NCBI GenBank assembly: GCA_963727255.1
Contig: CAVSFC010000002.1
Coordinates: 544,001 to 608,000 of the forward strand
Length of the DNA: 64,000 bases
Direction: 5' to 3'
DNA from: an uncultured bacterium
Lineage (GTDB): Bacteria > Babelota > Babeliae > Babelales > Vermiphilaceae
Shown here: one piece after another, positions 51,649-64,000 of the stretch
How the letters are laid out: the number at the start of each line of letters is the position of its first letter
Numbering within the stretch: the stretch's first letter is position 1
The notes under the pieces: model-generated
Told to the model about the DNA's origin: nothing
The model's input: only the letters and a program-made list of their open reading frames with translations
Databases searched by the model: none
Position numbers and translations under genes: made by a program

Positions 51649-52485
51649 ATGAATATTCGCTTGGCATTTGGCGCTGTATCTATTTTTCTTGTATGTGGTT
51701 TGCTTTGGCACAAACTCAGACGAGCAGATGTTGATCTTCAAACGCAAAAAACTTCCTTAGATGTTCCCATGCCTCAAGAAATAGAAGAAGCGCAACCATT
51801 GCAGCACCTTGCCTGCATCATGGATGGCAATCGCCGCTGGGCAAAAGAACGGGGCTTATCATCAACTGAAGGGCATAAAAAAGGCATTGAAATGTCTAAG
51901 CTGATAATCGAATTTTGCCTTGAGAAGAAGATTCCCTATCTTTCTTTATACATCTTTTCTAATGAAAATTTTAGACGTACCGAGCAAGAATTAAAATCTA
52001 TTTTTGGGCTGATGTTGCAAGAGGCCAATAAAGGCATAGAAGAATTTAAAAAGCATGATATTCGGCTCCGATTTATTGGAGATCGCAGTTTATTCCCCGA
52101 GCAACTATTGCCATTACTTGATCAATTTGAAAAAGAAACTGCTCATTGCAAAACGCTGCAGGCAAGTTTCCTCTTCTGCTATGGGGCACGCCAAGAAATT
52201 GCCGCAGCGGCTAAAAATATTGCGCATAAGGTAAAGATTGACGAGCTTGCTGAGGATGATATTACCCCTGAGCTCTTTGCCGATCACTTGTGGACCCGAG
52301 AACTTCCTGAGCCAGATCTTATTATTCGCACCGGATATGTTTCGCGATTGAGCAATTTCTTGCTCTATCAAGCAGCGTATTCAGAATTATATATGCTCGA
52401 TTGTTTCTGGCCAGATATTACTAAAGAAAAGTTACAAGAGGCATATGATCAATATATTAGCAGTGAACGCAGATTTGGTGCTTAG
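51649..52485 (+). CDS. uppS: Undecaprenyl diphosphate synthase with N-terminal membrane anchor
   Basis: HLACIMDGNRRWA, FSNENFRR, PDLIIRTG..RLSNFLLYQAAYSE, ERRFG. Confidence 0.95.
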   Translation: MNIRLAFGAVSIFLVCGLLWHKLRRADVDLQTQKTSLDVPMPQEIEEAQPLQHLACIMDGNRRWAKERGLSSTEGHKKGIEMSKLIIEFCLEKKIPYLSLYIFSNENFRRTEQELKSIFGLMLQEANKGIEEFKKHDIRLRFIGDRSLFPEQLLPLLDQFEKETAHCKTLQASFLFCYGARQEIAAAAKNIAHKVKIDELAEDDITPELFADHLWTRELPEPDLIIRTGYVSRLSNFLLYQAAYSELYMLDCFWPDITKEKLQEAYDQYISSERRFGA

Positions 52486-52492
52486 ATGGTCC

Positions 52493-52573
52493 TATTCATC
52501 CTGAGCTTGTCGAAGGATAGAAACTTAGAATTGTCGAGTATTTTTGCATGGTTCGACAAGTTCACCATGAATA
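52493..52573. repeat. Palindromic repeat family B
   Basis: tattcatcctgagcttgtcgaagga / tggttcgacaagttcaccatgaata between convergent genes. Confidence 0.85.
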
Positions 52574-52580
52574 AATATTC

Positions 52581-53399
52581 TTACAATATCCCCAAACTCA
52601 TCAAATCATGGCGGAACTGCGCTGGATTTTTAAAATGGATCCCAAGAAATCCTTGCGCAACTGCCGGCAGTATATTTACCAGCTTATCATCGACAAAAAT
52701 AATTAATTTACTCCGATCGGGATCATAAAGATCCAAATATTGTTTATAATATTCAGGATCCGGTTTCTCAACTCTATTTTTGCAACAATCTACCGTTTTA
52801 CCTTCCATGCCTTCAGCATCTTTATCGAAATATACAAAAATATTTTGACCAAGAACAGTAAGTTGTTCTTTAAGTTTTATAAAGATTTGCGTACCAATGT
52901 TGGATGCTATATGAAGTGTATATCCTCTTTGCTTAAGCTCTTTGAGAATTGTTTCCACATCAGGATCGGGGCGCTGGGCATTGACAACCGTGGTGAAAAG
53001 TTCCGCAAGATCAATCGCCTTCGCTTGCAAAAGATTATGAATAAATCGTGCAGAAGTAATCTCATGATAGTTATTTTTTTGCCATGGTAATACGTTGATC
53101 ACCGATTGCCAAACAATTGAACCGAGGCTAACCATCAAAGGGATATTCCAAAGTGCTTTAATGAATTGGCTTTTGTGGGGATAATTGCGAATGATTGTCC
53201 AAATGAGTTTAGATTTTTTATGTAATAAAACCTTATGAATATCAAATGCAAATTCAAGTTTGTGTTCAGCTTTTTTTTCAGAAATCATTTGTATTAACTG
53301 TTTTTCCGCTTTCCCGAACGGTGGAAAAATAGTTTGGGCGTGTGTGGGGGCACAAAAGATAAGTGCAATTAAAAGAGAAATGCTTGTATACAGTTTCAT
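52581..53399 (-). CDS. Secreted HAD-superfamily hydrolase-like protein
   Basis: Signal peptide ending THA; FDIHKVL, IASN, EKPDPEYY, IFVDDKLVNI. Confidence 0.8.
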   Translation of the reverse strand: MKLYTSISLLIALIFCAPTHAQTIFPPFGKAEKQLIQMISEKKAEHKLEFAFDIHKVLLHKKSKLIWTIIRNYPHKSQFIKALWNIPLMVSLGSIVWQSVINVLPWQKNNYHEITSARFIHNLLQAKAIDLAELFTTVVNAQRPDPDVETILKELKQRGYTLHIASNIGTQIFIKLKEQLTVLGQNIFVYFDKDAEGMEGKTVDCCKNRVEKPDPEYYKQYLDLYDPDRSKLIIFVDDKLVNILPAVAQGFLGIHFKNPAQFRHDLMSLGIL

Positions 53400-53465
53400 A
53401 GTTCTCTTTCATAAAAGTTTGTTACGAATATCGTAGAATATTCTGAAAAGAAGAAGCAATGTTCT

Positions 53466-54170
53466 TTATGCTCCCACTTGTAATTGAACTTTAAGCGGTT
53501 TATCGGGGGTTATGATTAGCAGTGATCCGGGCAAAGGACGTTGATCAAGAACTATGCAACTGTTACATTGATGGGCCGGTTGAGTAGGGGTTGCATGAAG
53601 AATATCGGCGGTGCAACCATTGAGCTGTAAAAATGAAAGCACTTCATCGACAGATTTCTTTTTAAGATTTGGCATAATTACCGGTTTTTGATTTTGCGCA
53701 GTATATATAATTACTCCTTGATCACTTGCAGCCATTCCGGGGGCTGGATATTGCGCAATGCAGTGTTCGCTCTGATAATCTGCAGGAAGTGGCGCAATTT
53801 TTGCATGCAATGATTGGCCTTCGATTATTTTAGTAGCTTCTTGAGCAGTTTTATGATGAAGATCAGGAATTTGCAATGGCATAGGTTTGCGCGCAATTAC
53901 CAAATAGAGCGCTTGATGTTCTTTTATTGCGCTTCCTGGGCTTGGGGTTTGGCTTACTATCGTTCCTTCAACTAAATCCGGCTCATCTTTATGCCCAATA
54001 ATGCGTAAGTTCAAATTTTTTTGAGATAAGATAACTGCTGCTTTATCAAGGCTTTGCCCAATTAATGCCGGGGCTTGCAGTGTGGGTGCGGAAGAGATGA
54101 AGCTTATGGCAAGATAGCCTAAAATAAATGTTGCAAAAGGGGTGATCCAAAGAAAACGGGATAGCATCAT
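53466..54170 (-). CDS. PASTA-domain protein
   Basis: N-terminal TM plus three repeats (PALIGQS...GTIVSQTPSPG; IPDL...IAQYPAPG; MPNL...VLDQRPLPG). Confidence 0.88.
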   Translation of the reverse strand: MMLSRFLWITPFATFILGYLAISFISSAPTLQAPALIGQSLDKAAVILSQKNLNLRIIGHKDEPDLVEGTIVSQTPSPGSAIKEHQALYLVIARKPMPLQIPDLHHKTAQEATKIIEGQSLHAKIAPLPADYQSEHCIAQYPAPGMAASDQGVIIYTAQNQKPVIMPNLKKKSVDEVLSFLQLNGCTADILHATPTQPAHQCNSCIVLDQRPLPGSLLIITPDKPLKVQLQVGA

Positions 54171-54228
54171 GATTCTTTTGTTTATAATACCAGGTGAATA
54201 ATAAGAGCTTATGCGAAAATTCGAAAAG

Positions 54229-54294
54229 CCGCTCGTCCTGAGTTTATCGAAGGATTCGAGCGCTCGAATGGTTCGACAAGCTCACCACGAGCGG
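54229..54294. repeat. Palindromic repeat family B
   Basis: ccgctcgtcctgagtttatcgaagga / tggttcgacaagctcaccacgagcgg. Confidence 0.85.
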
Positions 54295-54440
54295 GTGTAA
54301 AAATTTTATTGAAAATAATAAATTTCGGACAAACTCTTTGTAAAGATAGCAGCTAAATCGATGCCCGTTAAGATATTTTGAATTTATTTGTTGGCTTACT
54401 ATGCTATAAGCAGTTTTACTCATCCAAAAAAAGGGAATTT

Positions 54441-55661
54441 ATGAAGATTGAAATAATGTTTCTTTCACTCTGCTTTTTAATGGTAACGGCAAATGGTATG
54501 GAAGTAAATGATAAAGATTTAATGTTGTTTGCCCAATCAAATTCATTCAAAATGAGACAGTTGCAACGATTAGCGCGAACGATGCCAGAAATAAAAAAAG
54601 CATTAAACCAAGATCTTGAACAAAAAAAGGCAGATGCCGAGCATCAACGTGGCAAAACAAAACAAGGAGTTTCCTATCAAGGGCCACAAGTGTATGATAC
54701 CATCAGCGCCAATAGATGCATTAATGACAAACGTTTTGTTTTGGCCGATTTTGATGAGCCCGCTACTGATATCTATCAAGCGCAGAGTCCTTTTGAAAAA
54801 ACTATGAATCTCAAAGAAACAGCCAGGCCCTATGGCATCAATGCATTGGATGTCAATCATCTGGGGGATACGGTTGCTACCGATCAAGGTAATCAGATTC
54901 TGCTTTGGATCTTACTACTCAGAAATCAAATGGTTTTTTACAAGGGCATACCGATTTAGTAACCGGCATTGATTTCTATCCTGGCAATTCATATATTTTA
55001 GTCTCGGGATCAAAAGATAAAACACTAAAGATATGGCGATACTCGAACTAATAAATGCACACAAAACTTTAAATGATTCTGCTCCAGTTCTTTCCGTTGA
55101 TTTTTCTCCCGATGGGGAAAATGTGGCTTCAGTTAATAATTCTGGGATTGCGGCATTAACGTTATGGTCATTAGCTCAAAGTAAAGGTAATTGCTCAGAA
55201 GACCACTAGTGATGGACTGCAAATTTTAATCATACCGGAACGAATATTATTGCTGGATTACCGGGGAGCTCATATTAGATTCTCAAGGGGAGTACTTTAG
55301 AAACTATTAGGTCATTAGCATTGCCTGTAAAGTTGGGTCAAAAATAATGCAATTCCTGGATCATTTGATTTCTCAGCTGATGATAGCATCGTCTTAGCAA
55401 GTGGCCCACTCAGTGATATTTTTATCTGTAAGGGAGACTTGAGTGCAATTGAAGATGGATATCGATTCAGGAATGCTCGGGGTTGATGCGCATTTTTACC
55501 CGAATGGCCAGCAAATTTTATCGAGTACTTATTGCTGCGCAGTTGATGCCGGGCCATATGTGAGGATTTGGGATATTGAAAATAAACGGAAAAAAATTCG
55601 AGAAGTTCAGATAGCATCTCAAGAAAAAGAAGAAAAATCTCGTTATTGCTTTCTTCAATAA
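54441..55661 (+). CDS. Secreted WD40-repeat protein, multiple indels
   Basis: Signal peptide ANG|MEV; fragments GINALDVNHLGD, VSGSKDKTLKIW, VLSVDFSPDG, HFYPNG..VRIWD in different frames. Confidence 0.75.
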
Positions 55662-55681
55662 TTGAGAAAAGTTAAGAATAA

Positions 55682-56065
55682 AACTAAGGCAAACTATAAG
55701 CCGGATTCTGTAGATACTTACGTATCTGGCAACCATTTATCTAAGCGACATACCCGCACGTTTAACCGGAACGAATACCGACACGTGCCTATTTTGTCTT
55801 GCTCCAGGAGGGGCTTGCCCTTATAAACCATTACTGATCTATACTGTGTGCTCTTACCACCCATTTTCACCCTTACCCACTATTTTCCAGCTTCGAAGGC
55901 AATAAGCTCTGAGGGCGGTTATTTTCTGTGGCGCTTTCCATCAGTATGGCTTTTACCTATACTGCCCTGGCTTGCCTTAAGCTCTTGCCAGGCTCCTTAT
56001 TCATTTGGAGTCCGGACTTTCCTCTGCTATTCGAAGGAGCGAGCGATTGCCCATTTGCCTTAGTT
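55682..56065 (-). ncRNA. rnpB: RNase P RNA
   Basis: Minus strand has GAGGAAAGTCCGGAC, GGAAAGCGCCACAGAAA, GGAGCAAG and ACAGAATCCGGCTTA; terminal P1 helix ctaaggcaaa/tttgccttag. Confidence 0.95.
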
Positions 56066-56079
56066 GTACGATTTCAAGG

Positions 56080-56529
56080 TCAAAGTCTAGTGAAGATTCC
56101 AAAGCTCATTATCCATATCACTATCAGATTAGCAAAAACCGTAGAAATTGTATAGGGAATGCTCATTGGCAGGTGTAAAATCCACTATTCCACAAGGCCA
56201 ATTTGGGCCAGAAGGCAGCGGCCAAAAGCAGGTAATATTGCCATAGGGAATCATAGAGGGTATGCCTCATTTTGATGCCCAAAAGGGTGGCAGGAATCAC
56301 GTAGAGCAAGACTAATCCAAAACGGCCATAATGGATCAGGGGGAAAGGAAAGCAGAAGGCATGCAAAAGATTCGAATAAGCCATGGGCCGGGAAAGTTGC
56401 AAAATATAGAAGCAGAGAAGACTATAAATAAGTGGTTTTTCAAAAATAGAAAAAGCGGCTAAATCAACAATAAAAAGAAGCAGGCGATGCTATAGAAAAG
56501 AAGTGGTGAAATGGTCGTTTTTTTCTCAT
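56080..56529 (-). CDS. Hypothetical membrane protein, frameshifted
   Basis: Hydrophobic fragments (ORF 56163..56402 plus flanks); ends approximate. Confidence 0.4.
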
Positions 56530-56688
56530 GTATGGCGATTTATCTCGTGAACTCGGGATCTCTCGAAATGAATGGAAGTAAACCGAGTAAAATCAAGAGC
56601 GAGGATCATAATAGATGATTTTTTTTAGATTTATTACATTTGTATCGTCAGTGTATAATGAGATCATATCACTATTCAAGAATATTGC

Positions 56689-58574
56689 ATGATCCATGAA
56701 ATAAAATTATTCACAGTATTTTTTTAATATTTTTTATACTTGTTGCTCGGTGCCGGTGGCGCTTTTTATCTTTTTACCCATCATACGGTAGATTTTTCTA
56801 CGGCTTGCGCATTATAATCCCGGGCATCCTTCCATTCTTCTTGATGATCAGGGCAAAGAATGGGCAAGGTTTCAATTGGATCGGCGAGAACCAATCGCCT
56901 ATGATCATATGCCGCTCATTAATGCATTTATTGCTGCTGAAGATTGGCAATTTTTTTCCCATCCGGGAATTTCTATCAAAGGGATCATGCGTTCCATTAT
57001 AAAAAATGTGTTGCATGGCAAAAAGCTGCAGGGAGCCAGCACTATCACACAGCAATTGGTAAAATTCTTTTTTTTGATTCGCAAAAAACATTTAAGCGCA
57101 AAATTAAGGAGCAACTCTATGCGCTCTTAGTGGAGCAGCAATTCACCAAAGAACAGATTTTAGAAACGTATCTAAATCATGTCTATTTTGGGTTTGGTAT
57201 TTATGGTGTTGAAGCAGCGAGCCAACGCTTTTGGGGTAAACATGCATCGGAATTTAACGATTGATGAATCGGCAACCTTGGCAGGAGTGATCCGCTCCCC
57301 GGCCAATATTGCCCCATTATTAATCCACTTAGCGCACAACGCCGCCGCAATATTATTCTGAATTCAATGAAAAATCTGAAATTGATTACCGATCAAGAAT
57401 ATGAACATGCAATGCAGCTGCCAATTAGTATTAAGGGAGTAGAGAATACATTATTTGCGGCACATGTAAAAGAGTTGATTCGAATGGAGCTTGAAGCAAG
57501 AAATCGGCAAAAATAGATTGTATACCGGTGGGCTTATTATTCAGACAACATTGAATCGGAATATACAAGAATTGGCTGAAAAAAGTTTTGCCGAGCAGAT
57601 GATGGAACTCAAAAAGACAATCATGCCGGAAATTGATGGCGCCCTGCTCACCCTTGATAGTAAGACCGGTGAGATTAAGGCATTAATCGGCGGTGTTGAT
57701 TTTAATCAATCAAAGTTTAATCGCGCATGGCAAGCGGGCGGCAAATCGGATCAGTGTTTAAACCGATAATTTTTGCGGCCGCAATTGCCAACGGTGCGTT
57801 TTTGCGATACAGAAATTGATGAGCCAATCACCATTGAGCAACATAATGCATTATGGCAGCCCAATAACTATAATCATCGCTTTGATGGTCAGATGACGCT
57901 TGCGCATGCATTGGTGCGTTCGAATAATATTGTTTCAATCAAAACATTACTCAAAACGGGTATGCAGCCGGTAATGGCACTTGCAAAAGCCTGCCATTTG
58001 GAAGATGAATTGCATCCATATCCTTCGTTGGCTCTGGGATGTATTGATGCAACGCTTAAAGAAGTAACCGGCATGTTTAATATATTTGCAAATAATGGCA
58101 TATATACTGAACCACATCTCATTAAATGGGTAAAAGATAGTTGGGGCACTAAAATTTGGAAATCCTCTCCGCTTAAAGAGCAGGTGTTGCATCCCGGTAA
58201 TAACAAGCAAAGTATCAAAAGTTCTTGAGATTGGAATCAAACGCTGGCGCAAAGCATATGAGCAAGAATTTCTTGCAGATGATGTGATTAGCAAAACAGG
58301 AACAACCAATGATTCACGCACCTGCTGGTTTGCAGGATCAACTCCGGAACTAACAACCGCGGTGTATATTGGCTGCGATGATAATCGTTCAATGGGGAGA
58401 TGTATACCCGCTCAAAACCGCATTCCCGGTATGGCTTGGCATTCATGGTAAACTCAAGCCAACCGGCAAAAAATTTAGCTATGATTCATCATTCGAAAGA
58501 GTGCGCGCATTAATCAATGGACGGGAGAATCCTACAGTGAGGATGATCCGGATGGCATTGAGATTTGTATATAA
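56689..58574 (+). CDS. Class A penicillin-binding protein (PBP1A family), many indels
   Basis: AFIAAEDWQFFSHPG, GASTITQQLVK, RKIKE, YLNHVYFG, GLIIQTTL, ALVRSNN, SLALG, SKTGTTND across frames. Confidence 0.9.
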
Positions 58575-58592
58575 AAAGAGACTTTAAGGCTA

Positions 58593-58685
<93 letters not shown>

Positions 58686-58751
58686 AAATTTTTTTTAGTG
58701 ACATTTAAGTTCGAGATATTTTTTGTTTCTATAACTAAAAAGAAAGGGTGT

Positions 58752-59245
58752 ATGAATAAAAAAATAAATAATTTGTTTAATTTTCTATTGAGTTCATTTT
58801 CCATGCGCGCAATGTTGCAACCCATAAGCGAAAACTCCCAGGAAAACACTCACTAAGAAAAGACTTTTGGTAGTAAATTTGCAACACTGCCATGAAAAAT
58901 TTACAGTGATCATTTGACTACCGGAAGCAATTCGTATGAGAATTGCGGCGCAGATTAAAGATATTTATAAAAAATTGGACGCAAAGATCAAACTCAAAAT
59001 CAAAGCAAAACGTACCCAATGAGTTGTTCCGCAAAGCCTTGGAAGAACACTTTGATGAAGATAAAAAAAAAAATCAGCAAGCCAAGACAAGAGCGCAATA
59101 TATCCAGTGCCTCAATACATCGGGGACTTTGAACCCCCGAAAGATATGTAACAAGTGTTGCAAGTGCTCGTGCCAAATAAAACCGGAAAGAATAAAACGC
59201 TTTTGCGCACATCTTATAAAAAATAATGATGTGTTTAAAGACTGA
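58752..59245 (+). CDS. Hypothetical protein, frameshifted
   Basis: ATG after AAAGGG and a signal-like start; 3' ORF 58943..59245. Confidence 0.35.
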
Positions 59246-59372
59246 TTGAAACCCCCGTATGAGACCAAAGATTTTGCATTGAACAACTAGAAAATTTTTT
59301 CATATACCTAGCATGAGTAACCCTTTTTTTATTACCCTCAAGATATAATCAAATTATTTTGGAAGTAATACT

Positions 59373-59774
59373 ATGAAGCATTTAAGCCATGATCATGTTA
59401 ATGCTTGTAAAAAATGTATAGAGGTCTGTGAAAAAGGGATTGATATTTGTCAAAATTTGATTGAGATGTGCAGTATTAGCCTTACCAGAGAATGTGCTGC
59501 TCAGTGTGGCAAATGCGTAAGGATTTGTAATCAATCAATTGAAGCTTTACTAAATGCATCCAACAATTGAAACGCAAAAGCATTGAAAGATTGAATGATG
59601 CTAAATGCAATACGACATTCCAAGAATGTATCAAGGCATGTCAATCATGTATTGCTGCGTGCAAGAAAGTGATACTGATGTCATGGGGAAAATGCTGAAT
59701 GCATTAAGGATTGTCTTGCCTGTGTTGAGAAATTTAGCATGTGCGCAGGCATGCCAGGCCTGTTTAAACCGTAA
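59373..59774 (+). CDS. Cys-rich four-helix-bundle copper storage protein (Csp/DUF326-like), frameshifted
   Basis: Repeated CxxCxxxC helices (ACKKCIEVC, CAAQCGKCVRIC, ECIKACQSCIAAC); 3' end approximate. Confidence 0.7.
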
Positions 59775-59777
59775 GGG

Positions 59778-60815
59778 CTAGTTAGTGTTAGATAAATTAT
59801 CAAGCACCCAAAACAGCAATCATATTATCCTGTTTGATTTCTTGTTCGGTGAGCATGGTGAACAAATTCAGGTTGCTGATGAGAAAAGCGCCCGCGCATT
59901 ATCTTTTTGATGAGCGGTTGAGGATGTTTCTAAAGGAATTGCGACGCATGGTTTATTAAAAAAGAGCGTTTCAAAAAGTCATCCGGCTCCGGCGCGGCAA
60001 ATATAATCACATCCGTGCAGCATAGCATGAAGCTAAATCCTGCTTATAGGTAAAAACCGCTGCAGAAATTTCAAGATCATGATAGTGTGATTTCCAATCA
60101 AAGGTATCGATTCTGCCGGTTTGATGAATAATCTGAATCAGTGAATGTAAATGAGGATTGAAGTCGAGCCATTCTTTGATGCAATTGTTAACGAAAGAGT
60201 GATCATTGCGATCCGCCGTTTAATAAAAATAGTTTTTTTATTTGCTGAAAGTTTTAATTGAGTAAGGCAAGATCTGGGTCATATTTTTTGAGGAATCGTT
60301 AAAGCGGATCGGATAAGGGGCAAGTTCGCATTTATGGGCGGGCAAAAATTCTTTGGCCTGTTCAAAGCATATATAAATTTTATCTGCATATTTTGCCAAA
60401 AATCTATTTGCTTTGCCCGGTTTGGCATCCAGATCATAGAAATGTACCGGAATACGCAGTACGCGCGCGGCCAAAAGACCGGCAATAGAAATATATCCGC
60501 CCATTCCGATCACGTGTTCAGGTTATATTCTTCGAACCATAAAAAAGCGCTGAATAAATGCGCGAGTAAAATGAATAATAAAAACAAGAATTTTAAAAAT
60601 ATTAAAAAATGGAATGTTGCCTAGTTTGAGCGCAACGTGCTGCTGACATGGCTACCTTGTTTTTTGATAATAGCTTGATCAAGTGGATGCGCAGTGGTAA
60701 AAAAAAGTATTTCAGTTTGATCATTGGAAGTTTGAATATGCTGGGCAAGCGTGAGGGCGGGGAGAATATGTCCGCCTGATCGGCCGGCAACAAAAGCAAT
60801 GGTTTGTTTATCCAT
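59778..60815 (-). CDS. murG: MurG glycosyltransferase, multiple indels
   Basis: AGRSGGHILPAL, IGMGGYIS, PGKANRFL, IHQTG, ICRAGAG, HQKDNA in successive frames. Confidence 0.88.
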
Positions 60816-60874
60816 ATTCTTTTCTCATGTGTGAACTGGAATTTTTGAGTTTTGGAAGCAAGTCTAACACGATC

Positions 60875-62557
60875 TTAAGAAAGTTTGCACATTTTTTTAC
60901 TTTACCCCATTCTTCTAATTTTGCTTTGGCTTTTGTTTTGTCATGATCATTTTTTGCCAATTTGGACTGCAGCTTTCATATTATCGACTGGCTTTTTTAG
61001 TGTTTCCGTTTTTGTAATAACATTTTCCCAAATGGCATAGAACTGTATAATGAGTTGGATGTGCATAGAGCAACTTTTTGTCCCCATGGGTATCGCCTGA
61101 TCGAATTTGTTTTCTTTATACAGTATCAAAGCTTTTGTATCTAAAAAGTGCGGATTATGCGGATCTTTTTGCAACGCGAGAGCAATAAGCTCATTTGCTT
61201 TTTTTAGATTATTTCCTTTGGTTGCATATAAATATGATAGTAAATTGTTAAGTTGGGGCATAATCATTTTTAAATGCAAGCGCATCTTCGAGTGTTTTTT
61301 GCGCAAATTCCCATTTTTGCTGAGTAAAGTAAATAATACCAATTTGCAATGCGATTTTAGCTTTTAATTCTGCTTCAGTGCTGGCCGCATATGCTTTTTG
61401 AAGCAATGGGAGCGCTTTATCTTGATTTGGCATTCGCAAGGCCAAATCGGCTGCATGAGAGTCGCCGGTCGGTGAGAATACTTTATGCTTTTCTAGTGAT
61501 TCGATAGTTTTCGTGCTGTTCAATTAGCGGAGGAACATAAATGGTGAGCAAGTGAAGGGCTCTAATTAAGCCATAATTCAACATGAGTATCATTCTTTCA
61601 TCCATTGTTCAAGCAATTGTGCAGCCTCATCAAAATGTTTTAAATGCGCGAGTATTTGAATTTTTAGGAGACGTGCCTCGCTATCATTTGGGCTTTTTGC
61701 CAAGAATTGATTAACGTTTTGTAAAGCTTTGGCATCCTCTTTTTTATCAAATAATTGTGCTGCTTGGGTCAAGGAATGTATTGGTCTCGCTTCCATTTTT
61801 TTGTTTTTGAAGTTTTTCAGCAGAAATGCGAGCATGAGGCAAATGCCGTTCAATTTCACTATTTGGCTGCGGGCTAACCTCTAAAAATGTTGTATAGCCT
61901 TTGATAGCTTCTTCTATTTTCCCCTCTTTTGTCCTTGAAGCGCCGCATACAAAAGCCAACTTTTATCAAACTTTGGATATGTTTCTATGCATTGTTTTAT
62001 TGCGGCCAAATGCTTCTGGTTTCTTATTGAGTTGCAAATAGATTTGAGATTCCATGAACAAGAAAATAAAATTGTTTGGGCCGGCGCCGGGGAATTATTG
62101 AGTAAATTTTTTATTACCTTTCTAAGCGCATTTTCCGGTTCAGACCGCTCAAGATACATTTGCACCACTTTAAATGCTAATTCTTGATTGCTCTTATATT
62201 GTTCATTGAGTAAAACCAATCGGGCATGGGCTTTTCATTTTTTTTGCCTGTTTGTTCAAGTGCCATTGCGAAAAAGAAGTTGCATTTCCTGGTTATTCTT
62301 GAATGTTTCATCCAATTCCGGGATGAGTTTTACAATATCGGCAAATGAACCGCTTGCAGCAAGGTAGGGGATATATCCTGAATAGACAAATAAAGAATCT
62401 TTATCGGGTGTGATTACCATACCAATATCCTGCTGCTTTTTAAATCATTACCCAGCTGATAATAGTTTGCCATAATATCGCGCAAGATTTTGCGTTGCTT
62501 TATCGGCTGGGATGCAATCCAAAACAGATGCACAGTAAAAATAATAATTTCTTCCAT
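60875..62557 (-). CDS. Exported tetratricopeptide-repeat protein, multiple indels
   Basis: TPR fragments (PNDSEARLLKIQIL, NLLSYLYA..ALQKDPHNPHFLDTKA); ends approximate. Confidence 0.7.
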
Positions 62558-62673
62558 ACATTCTCCCGATGGCACCGAATGAGATAGTCCTTGAGTACTT
62601 GCCGCAACTGTTCATCTTTTATTTTGCTTAAACTTTCTTGCTCTCTCGGCTGAAAGTTGGACAATTTTTGAAA

Positions 62674-62989
62674 CTATGCGTTTTGTTGGTGCCTTCCTTT
62701 TTTCTTTTTTATAGTGATTCCTACTGTTTTAAATCGTAGTTTTTTTATACGTGGCCGGTCTAGTTTTTCATTAATTGTCTTAATTAATAACGGGAGTGAG
62801 CAGATATAATTCTTGCAGCCAACAGCTATCGAGCACGCCGATAACCAAGGTATCTTCCTGAATCTTGAGAAGTTGCACTTTAGTGCGGATAGAACCAACA
62901 ATTGCCGGCCAATTCTGCAACAATTGCAATTGCCAATTATCATTTTGGCTCAGCAGTTCTTCAAGAATTTTTTGGATTGGGATTGCCAT
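62674..62989 (-). CDS. DUF721/DciA family protein, indel near the 3' end
   Basis: WPAIVG...LVIGVLDSCWLQEL; C-terminal IKKLRF in a shifted frame. Confidence 0.75.
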
Positions 62990-63077
62990 AGTAATAAATC
63001 TTATTTTGTTCATCTCTTGAGAATGATGACTATTTTAATTTATTGTAACATTAAAAATACGCGCGGGAGAGTTATTT

Positions 63078-64000
63078 ATGAAATATAAAATTCTTGGTTT
63101 CCTTTTGTCTTTTTTTGGATTCTGTTTTTCTATGCCAATTATCGCGGTGCAATGGGATCCCATTCCTATGCAGGAATTAGAAAATTATACTCCCTACTTT
63201 AGGCTTGCGCTAAGAAGACCTGGTGAAGGACCAAAGTTTATTGGACTTCTTGTTTATGCCGGTGATGAATTTTATGCAGATATAAGTAAAAATTCAGAAA
63301 AAATAGAAGCACTTCAATCTCTCATCAATAATCTTTCGGGTGATAAAGATACAGAGTCTTGAATTTATCTGTTACGCATATGGGCATCAAAAGGATCCAG
63401 CGCGATATTTGGCTGGATTTATTGATGCGCTTGGCAAAAAATATGAATCGAGAGGTGATATCTCATTAGTGATCATTGCGCATGGTGAAAATCCTGATGT
63501 AGTCAATAGAGCAAGCCATTCAATTTTGCCTAAAGTCAAAATTCATTCATTAATCTATTTTCAACCAACTATTTATGAAACTTATCTTTCTGCAACAGGA
63601 ATTCAAGAGAATAAAGATTGGCATTCAAAACCAGGAAGATTTGGCAAGTTATATAATTTATATACAAAAGCGTATGTGATGCATCTTTATAATCCGATCT
63701 ATGCTGAAAGAAAATATCGCCAGCAAGCAGAATTTAAAAATAATCAATTGATAATGCCAATTAAAAATGTGCGCATGTTTAAAATTGCTCAAAAGCAACT
63801 TGAAAACTATGATAATGAGGATTTTTTTAGTGTAAAAGCTTTGAAAAACCTACCTGCGTTATTAGATCAAATAGATGAGTATCAGCTTAATTTCGATCTT
63901 TTAGCACTTGGATTTAGTAAAGATAATAGTGTTTATCCTTTAGTGGCGATAAATCGTTTTATTAAGTTTAATAAAACAAGTATTATAGCGGATTATAAAG
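63078..64000 (+). CDS. Secreted hypothetical protein (possibly hydrolase-like), frameshifted, runs off the window
   Basis: GGGAG RBS and signal peptide; downstream open frame with IAHGE..VVNRAS, LIYFQP, LYNLY. Confidence 0.55.

Overview
AT-rich bacterial chromosome window. The gene content suggests an intracellular parasite of protists such as Candidatus Dependentiae/Babelota (TM6); this is my inference, not a database result. Housekeeping genes (mnmG, mraY, tgt, murB, trhO, pheT, lspA, comF, sbcD, glmU, tRNA-Ser(CGA), mreB, rsmA, uppS, rnpB, PBP1A, murG) are interleaved with many orphan proteins carrying Sec signal peptides. I found no prophage, transposase or CRISPR array. Main observations: (1) at least 11 otherwise unrelated secreted proteins share a Met-[Glu/Asp/Gln] predicted mature N-terminus, and several carry eukaryote-type motifs (CaaX, NLS, BC-box-like, ankyrin, WD40); (2) an unannotated His-rich 42-aa ORF sits in the leader of a sodium:solute symporter, a candidate histidine-sensing leader peptide; (3) a 1400-aa Sec-exported tailspike-like protein has an S74 chaperone but no phage context; (4) a Chlamydia-type queuine salvage pair (tgt + yhhQ); (5) two families of dispersed palindromic intergenic repeats, one with compensatory base changes. 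Many genes, mostly at 34-40 kb and beyond 54.9 kb, are broken by indels, including essential ones, and there is an 83-nt poly-T. These look like sequencing/assembly errors, so coordinates there are approximate.
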